A stretch of DNA of 64,000 nt from Trueperaceae bacterium. GTDB taxonomy: Bacteria > Deinococcota > Deinococci > Deinococcales > Trueperaceae. Under the pieces are notes generated by a model, which was given only the letters and a program-made list of their open reading frames with translations, was not told where the DNA came from and did no database searches. Positions 59,497-64,000 of this stretch are shown in pieces (the first letter of the stretch is position 1; each line of letters starts with the position of its first letter). The stretch is taken from assembly GCA_965214405.1 (NCBI GenBank), contig OZ243956.1:3744001-3808000 (forward strand), given 5' to 3'. Both the position numbers and the translations under genes were made by a program.

Positions 59497-60135
59497 ATGT
59501 CTGACGTGAGAATACACACAGGAACGCCTGAAGAAACGCCCAGAGAAACGCAGCGGAGCCCGCGCGTGAGCGTCTTCAGCGACGCGGCGGTCGAGACCAA
59601 AATCACGCGCGCGTACGGGGCGGCTCTCTCGTCTTTTGAGGCGGGCCACTGGGACGCGACCATCGCCGCCTGCGGCAAGGCCCTGGAGAGCATCGCCAAA
59701 AACGAACTGCCCTACAACGAGCGGGGGGGCACGCTGGGTCAACTCTTAGAAAAGTTGCCCAAGCATGTGAAGCTCGAGCACCCCTTAACCGACTTAGCCG
59801 CCGCGGTCAAAGACCCCAAGGGCCTGGGCGCGCACTTTGACCTAGAGCGCGACGCGAACGCGGACATCGCCAAGGCGACCCTGGAGCTTGTCGAGGCCTT
59901 TATCACCTACGTTTATCTTTTCCGAGACAAGGTGGCGCGGCTCAAGAGTTTGTTGGAGGACGAAACCAAGCGCGACGGGCGCGAGGAGACCAAGCGGGTG
60001 CTCGAGCGCTCCTACGGCGAAGACAAGGCTGCGCCTAAAGCCCCGGCTCCCTCGTCCGGCTTTGACAACTTTGAGGCCGACCCCTACGACATCAAAGCGA
60101 ACACCTGGAACATCAACCGGGACGACAAGCGGTAA
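59497..60135 (+). CDS. DUF4145-like (HEPN-related) hypothetical protein
   Basis: ATIAACGKALES...LGAHFD...LVEAFITYVY. Confidence 0.6.
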   Translation: MSDVRIHTGTPEETPRETQRSPRVSVFSDAAVETKITRAYGAALSSFEAGHWDATIAACGKALESIAKNELPYNERGGTLGQLLEKLPKHVKLEHPLTDLAAAVKDPKGLGAHFDLERDANADIAKATLELVEAFITYVYLFRDKVARLKSLLEDETKRDGREETKRVLERSYGEDKAAPKAPAPSSGFDNFEADPYDIKANTWNINRDDKR

Positions 60136-60212
60136 GGCAGTGGTAAGTGAGGAGCAGTGATGAGTGATTAGGGGGTAGTGGTTGGTTCCTGCTCTATGGG
60201 AGTAGTTCGGCT

Positions 60213-60443
60213 ATGGCCTATAAGGGTGTCAGCACCGCAAAACTTTTCGGCTGGGCGGGCCTGAACGCCCTAAGCTTCTTTGCGGTACTTTCCCTTATGA
60301 ACGGCGCTGTAACGGTGTGGATTTTTGTTCAAGCACTTTTTTATCTACCGTTGATTTTTGTGACGATGTTACTTCAGCGCCGGTATGGCCGGAGCGTTCG
60401 TAAGCGGGAGGAAGGCGTAAAGCATTGGCCTCGCCAGGATTAA
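60213..60443 (+). CDS. Small membrane protein
   Basis: Two hydrophobic segments; GGAG RBS. Confidence 0.5.
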   Translation: MAYKGVSTAKLFGWAGLNALSFFAVLSLMNGAVTVWIFVQALFYLPLIFVTMLLQRRYGRSVRKREEGVKHWPRQD

Positions 60444-60462
60444 ACTATTCTTCCCCGACCAG

Positions 60463-61974
60463 CTAGCTGGTTTTTGAAACTTCCTCGAGCACCTTGTGCT
60501 TCTGCACCTTGCCCAAAGCGTTTCTGGGGAGGCGTTCAACAAGCACCACCTCGCGGGGTTTCTTGAAGCTTGCTAAGTGTTCCTTGCAAAACGCCTGAAC
60601 GCGCTTGGGGCTGACCGACCCCACCACGGCTGCCACGACCTTCTCGCCCAAGTCTTCATCCGGTAGCCCGACGACTGCGACTTCGGTGACGCCGGGGAGG
60701 GTCATGATGAGGTCCTCGAGTTCTCGTGGGTAAATGTTAAAACCCCCCGAGATAATGAGTTCTTTCGCGCGCCCGCTGATGAAGTAGTAGCCGTCATGGT
60801 CCACAAAGCCTAAGTCGCCCGTGCGGAACCAACCGTCAGGGGTAAACGCTGCCGCTGTGGCTTCGGGATTGCGCCAGTAGCCCTGGGTTACGTTGGGGCC
60901 GCGAAGCCTAATCTCGCCCGTTTCTCCCTGCTCGAGCACCACATTACTTTTTGGGTCGGCGATGCGGACCTCGACGCCCTCGAAAGGCGACCCGACCGAG
61001 CCCGCGCGGCGCTCGCCCACGAGGGGATTGCCTAAGTTCATCACCGTCTCGGTCATGCCGTAGCGCTCCAAAATTCTGAGGCCAAAGGTCTGCTCGACCG
61101 CTAGAAGCGTACGTGGACTCAGCGGCGCGGAGCCCGAGACGAGCAGGCGCAAATGTGGCGGTTTTTCTCTCGTAGTTTCCGCACCCTCGAGCAGCCGCGT
61201 GTACAGCGTCGGCACGCCAAAAAACATGGTGACGCGGCCTCCATAAAGTTCATCGAGCACGTCAGCCGCGTCAAAAGCGCGTTTTAACGTGAGCGTCGCG
61301 CCCCGAAAAAACGTCCCGTGTAGCCCCACGCCGAGCCCGTGCATGTGAAAGAGCGGCAGGACGAGGAGCAGGTGGTCGTCCGCGGTCCAGCCCCAGGCGC
61401 GGGTTACGGCGGCGCTGTTGGCGAGAAAATTGTGGTGCGAGAGCGTGGCACCTTTCGAGCGCCCAGTGGTGCCGGAGGTGTAGCCGATGACCGCGAGGTC
61501 GTCACGCGCGGCGAGGGGTTCGGGCAGCGGGCGGTCTGGACCGAGCCCCGCCCAGACTGAAGCGTCCGCCTCGAGATCCCCAATCACAGCAATTTTGACG
61601 GACGTGCCGTCACGCGCCCTCTCGACCTCATCCCGCCCCGCCGCGTCAGTCAGCACGAGCCGGGCACCCGAATCTTGGAGCACGTGCCGCACCTCCCCCG
61701 CGCGGTAACGCGTATTCACCGGCACGACCACGCCGCCCGCCCAGAGCACGCTCAGGTAGGCCACGACGAAACTCGGACTGTTCCCCAGAACCAGCGCCAC
61801 CCGGTCACCCCGCCCCAGCCCCCACCCCGCCAGCCGCCCCGCCGCCACGCTCACATGCGCGTAAATCTCCTCGTAAGAGTAAGCTCGCCCCTCAAAATGC
61901 ACAAAAGTCTTATCTGGCGAGGTTTTAGCAACCTGCAAAAACGCGTGCGGAAGGGAGGGGGGAAGGTTTAACAT
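60463..61974 (-). CDS. Acyl-CoA synthetase (MatB/malonyl-CoA synthetase-like)
   Basis: YTSGTTGRSKG, ILERYGMTE, GWFRTGDLG, LPRNALGKVQK. Confidence 0.88.
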   Translation of the reverse strand: MLNLPPSLPHAFLQVAKTSPDKTFVHFEGRAYSYEEIYAHVSVAAGRLAGWGLGRGDRVALVLGNSPSFVVAYLSVLWAGGVVVPVNTRYRAGEVRHVLQDSGARLVLTDAAGRDEVERARDGTSVKIAVIGDLEADASVWAGLGPDRPLPEPLAARDDLAVIGYTSGTTGRSKGATLSHHNFLANSAAVTRAWGWTADDHLLLVLPLFHMHGLGVGLHGTFFRGATLTLKRAFDAADVLDELYGGRVTMFFGVPTLYTRLLEGAETTREKPPHLRLLVSGSAPLSPRTLLAVEQTFGLRILERYGMTETVMNLGNPLVGERRAGSVGSPFEGVEVRIADPKSNVVLEQGETGEIRLRGPNVTQGYWRNPEATAAAFTPDGWFRTGDLGFVDHDGYYFISGRAKELIISGGFNIYPRELEDLIMTLPGVTEVAVVGLPDEDLGEKVVAAVVGSVSPKRVQAFCKEHLASFKKPREVVLVERLPRNALGKVQKHKVLEEVSKTS

Positions 61975-62040
61975 AAGTGATTAATGGTGAGTGATGAGGG
62001 GTTAGAAAATGCTAATCACTAGCCACTCACCACTATCCAC

Positions 62041-62772
62041 TCAATAAAACAGTCTCCCCACATAATAAAACACCACCGCGAACACGAGCGACGGTAGTAG
62101 GCTGGCGACGCGGAGGCGTTTAATCTCGAGCAATCCCAAACCGAGACCCAAAATCATGAGCCCGCCCACGCCGTTGATGAGCAGCACGCGCGGGTCGGTG
62201 GCCGGGTCGGGGATGAGGTTGGCGAATAGGCCCGCCCCGAGCGAGAGCGCGCCCTGGTAAAGGGCAATCACGAGCGTTGAGAAGATGACGCCAAAGCCAA
62301 AGGTCGCGGACAGAGCGAGCGCGGCGAAACCGTCCAAGGTGGATTTGAGCAGCAAAAACGAGTCGTCACCGACGAGACCGTTCTGGATACTGCCGATGAG
62401 CGTAAGGGGTCCCACGCAAAAGAGCAGACTGGCGGCCACAAAGCCCTCGGTAAAGCGGCCCTGTCCCTTAAAGCGCTTTTTAAGCGCCTCGCCAAGACCC
62501 TCCAACCCCTCTTCGATACGCAGCCATTCGCCCACCGCCCCGCCCAGGGCGAGCGCGATGAGCCCGACGATGATGCCGGGGGGTTCGTCCACCCGAGTCA
62601 AATCCAGCGCGTTGAGGACGCCAATCAGCAGCGTGGTGAGGCCGATGGCCTGCATCACCACGGCAACGATGCGTTCCGGCAACCTGCCCCGCAAGAGCAG
62701 GCCCAGCCCAGAGCCCAGCAGAACGGTGACGATGTTTAGAAGCGTGCCGGAGGTCTGATCTAAAGGGCTCAC
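62041..62772 (-). CDS. DUF554 membrane protein
   Basis: GTLLN, GFVAASLLFCVGPL, KSTLDG. Confidence 0.88.
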   Translation of the reverse strand: MSPLDQTSGTLLNIVTVLLGSGLGLLLRGRLPERIVAVVMQAIGLTTLLIGVLNALDLTRVDEPPGIIVGLIALALGGAVGEWLRIEEGLEGLGEALKKRFKGQGRFTEGFVAASLLFCVGPLTLIGSIQNGLVGDDSFLLLKSTLDGFAALALSATFGFGVIFSTLVIALYQGALSLGAGLFANLIPDPATDPRVLLINGVGGLMILGLGLGLLEIKRLRVASLLPSLVFAVVFYYVGRLFY

Positions 62773-63224
62773 CGGAAGAGCTTATCACCTCCCTCACGCC
62801 TTTACTGAAGGGGCCGGGCTGACGAGACACAAGACAACGGGGCTGCCCGGTGCAGAGGAATTTGGCGTGCAGTCGCCTCGAGCCCCACCGCCGTAGCGAG
62901 CACCGCAGCCCTCATAAAAGCGTCGCACGAGTTCCCGTAGGCGGTGTGGCAGGCGGATTGGCAGAGAGCCGTCCCCCTCGAGCAGCGCACCGTCCGCCGC
63001 GACAGGGTTGATGCACCCCGGCACTGCAAGGATGTTATGAGTGCCGCGAGGCAAAACCGAGGGTGAACAGAAGGGCAAAAATTCTCTTTCTCACTTTGGG
63101 TGAGGGTGGCACGGCGTTCTGCGCGCGTTGCTGGGAGCAAGAAAGGCCTGGCTCACTTTTGTTCAGCGTGAACTTTTTCGCTGTTGCGTTTCCGCTAAGC
63201 TGTCGCGGCCATTCCCTTTGGCGT

Positions 63225-63857
63225 TCAGGGGTTGCTTATAGGCGGAGCGACCTGACCACCGTCGCCGTCCACAACCACGGGGGACTGGATGACGCCAGCG
63301 TACTCGTCGGCGTCGAACTCGGTCAGTAGCGCGCCGACCATCTCGTAACCCACTGCGCCGAATTCGCTGGTACGCCCTTGAGCGCCTATCGTCCCCACCA
63401 CCGAAACGATGTCCCACGATTCTCCGTGCAGCAGCGGGTAGAGGGGTTTAACGTAGACGATCTGGTTCGCGGGCGGTGGGGGCACGTGGACGCAGGCACC
63501 CAGGAAAGGAACGAGCAAAAACTCGCTGGTCGCCTCCTCGTCACCTGCCAGGGGCACGATGTAACCAGAAACCTTGACCTGCTGCCCGTCCAGCGCTTCG
63601 ACGAGCGGCGTTTCTTGCAAGGTCTGTTGCATCATGGCTTCGCCGTCTTCGACCTCCCAAGGAAAGGTTTGGTAACTGGGCTCGTAATCGGCGGGCATGA
63701 GGCTGTTCCAGGAGAGCACGGTGGGATTCAAACTTTTGAACACCCTGGTCGAGGCCTGCTCGGTAAGCTTGAGCGGCACCCCGACTTCGGGCTCGCCGCC
63801 GCAGGCAGCGAGCAGGAGAACGAGCGGCGCGAGCAGGGCTGCGGTACGTCGTTTCAT
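63225..63857 (-). CDS. DUF3299 lipoprotein
   Basis: Lipobox LAAC; GYIVPL, EFLLVPFLGACVHVPPPPANQIV. Confidence 0.88.
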   Translation of the reverse strand: MKRRTAALLAPLVLLLAACGGEPEVGVPLKLTEQASTRVFKSLNPTVLSWNSLMPADYEPSYQTFPWEVEDGEAMMQQTLQETPLVEALDGQQVKVSGYIVPLAGDEEATSEFLLVPFLGACVHVPPPPANQIVYVKPLYPLLHGESWDIVSVVGTIGAQGRTSEFGAVGYEMVGALLTEFDADEYAGVIQSPVVVDGDGGQVAPPISNP

Positions 63858-63900
63858 GGACCGAGTATAAAAGGGGTTCATACGTCTCCTTGTGTCCTGG

Positions 63901-64000
63901 CTAGACCCGTACGGTCAGGCCGTCAGCCAGCGAGTTGCGGTAGGCGCGGTAGGCGGGGATCAGCCCGATGAGTACGCCCGCGCCGACGATGAGCGCGAGC
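63901..64000 (-). CDS. 3' end of a FtsX-like ABC permease (Zrg-like operon), partial
   Basis: ...GLIPAYRAYRNSLADGLTVRV* directly upstream of DUF3299. Confidence 0.75.
   Translation of the reverse strand, partial: LALIVGAGVLIGLIPAYRAYRNSLADGLTVRV

Noticed and set aside
62794..63200. ORFs or ncRNA between DUF554 and DUF3299
   Set aside because: No protein motif, RBS or RNA family consensus recognised

Overview
GC-rich bacterial chromosome window, most consistent with Deinococcota (Truepera-like). The support for this is many leaderless TANNNT-N5-7-start promoters, a PolX with a degenerate polymerase site and very frequent CTCGAG. The left half is core genome: polX, serA plus a class V aminotransferase, a hicB-hicA pair, a lipid A cluster (lpxD-lpxC-GnnA-like oxidoreductase-fabZ-lpxA-lpxB-like-msbA-like-methyltransferase), mreB, tsaB/tsaE, a three-gene roadblock-like module, a moaD-moaE fusion, hrcA, and leuS with a Leu leader-peptide attenuator. 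The middle is accessory: an EVE-PD-(D/E)xK nuclease split by an IS4 element, two Uma2 nucleases, and an ~11.4 kb phage-satellite-like element integrated at tRNA-Ala(TGC). That element has a 53-bp att repeat, arm-type sites, an integrase, a primase-helicase with iterons, Xis and a second IS copy. It is decayed (integrase/methyltransferase deletion junction, IS-split gene) but keeps an intact low-GC three-gene operon: unknown protein, SecB-like chaperone, PD-(D/E)xK nuclease. This operon is the best candidate for an undescribed toxin-antitoxin-chaperone or anti-phage system. The right part has an orphan mazF at a second deletion scar, truncated dpp genes, a gluconokinase with a sugar ABC transporter, a MatB-like ligase and the end of a Zrg-like ABC operon. 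All calls were made by eye from motifs; no searches were run.
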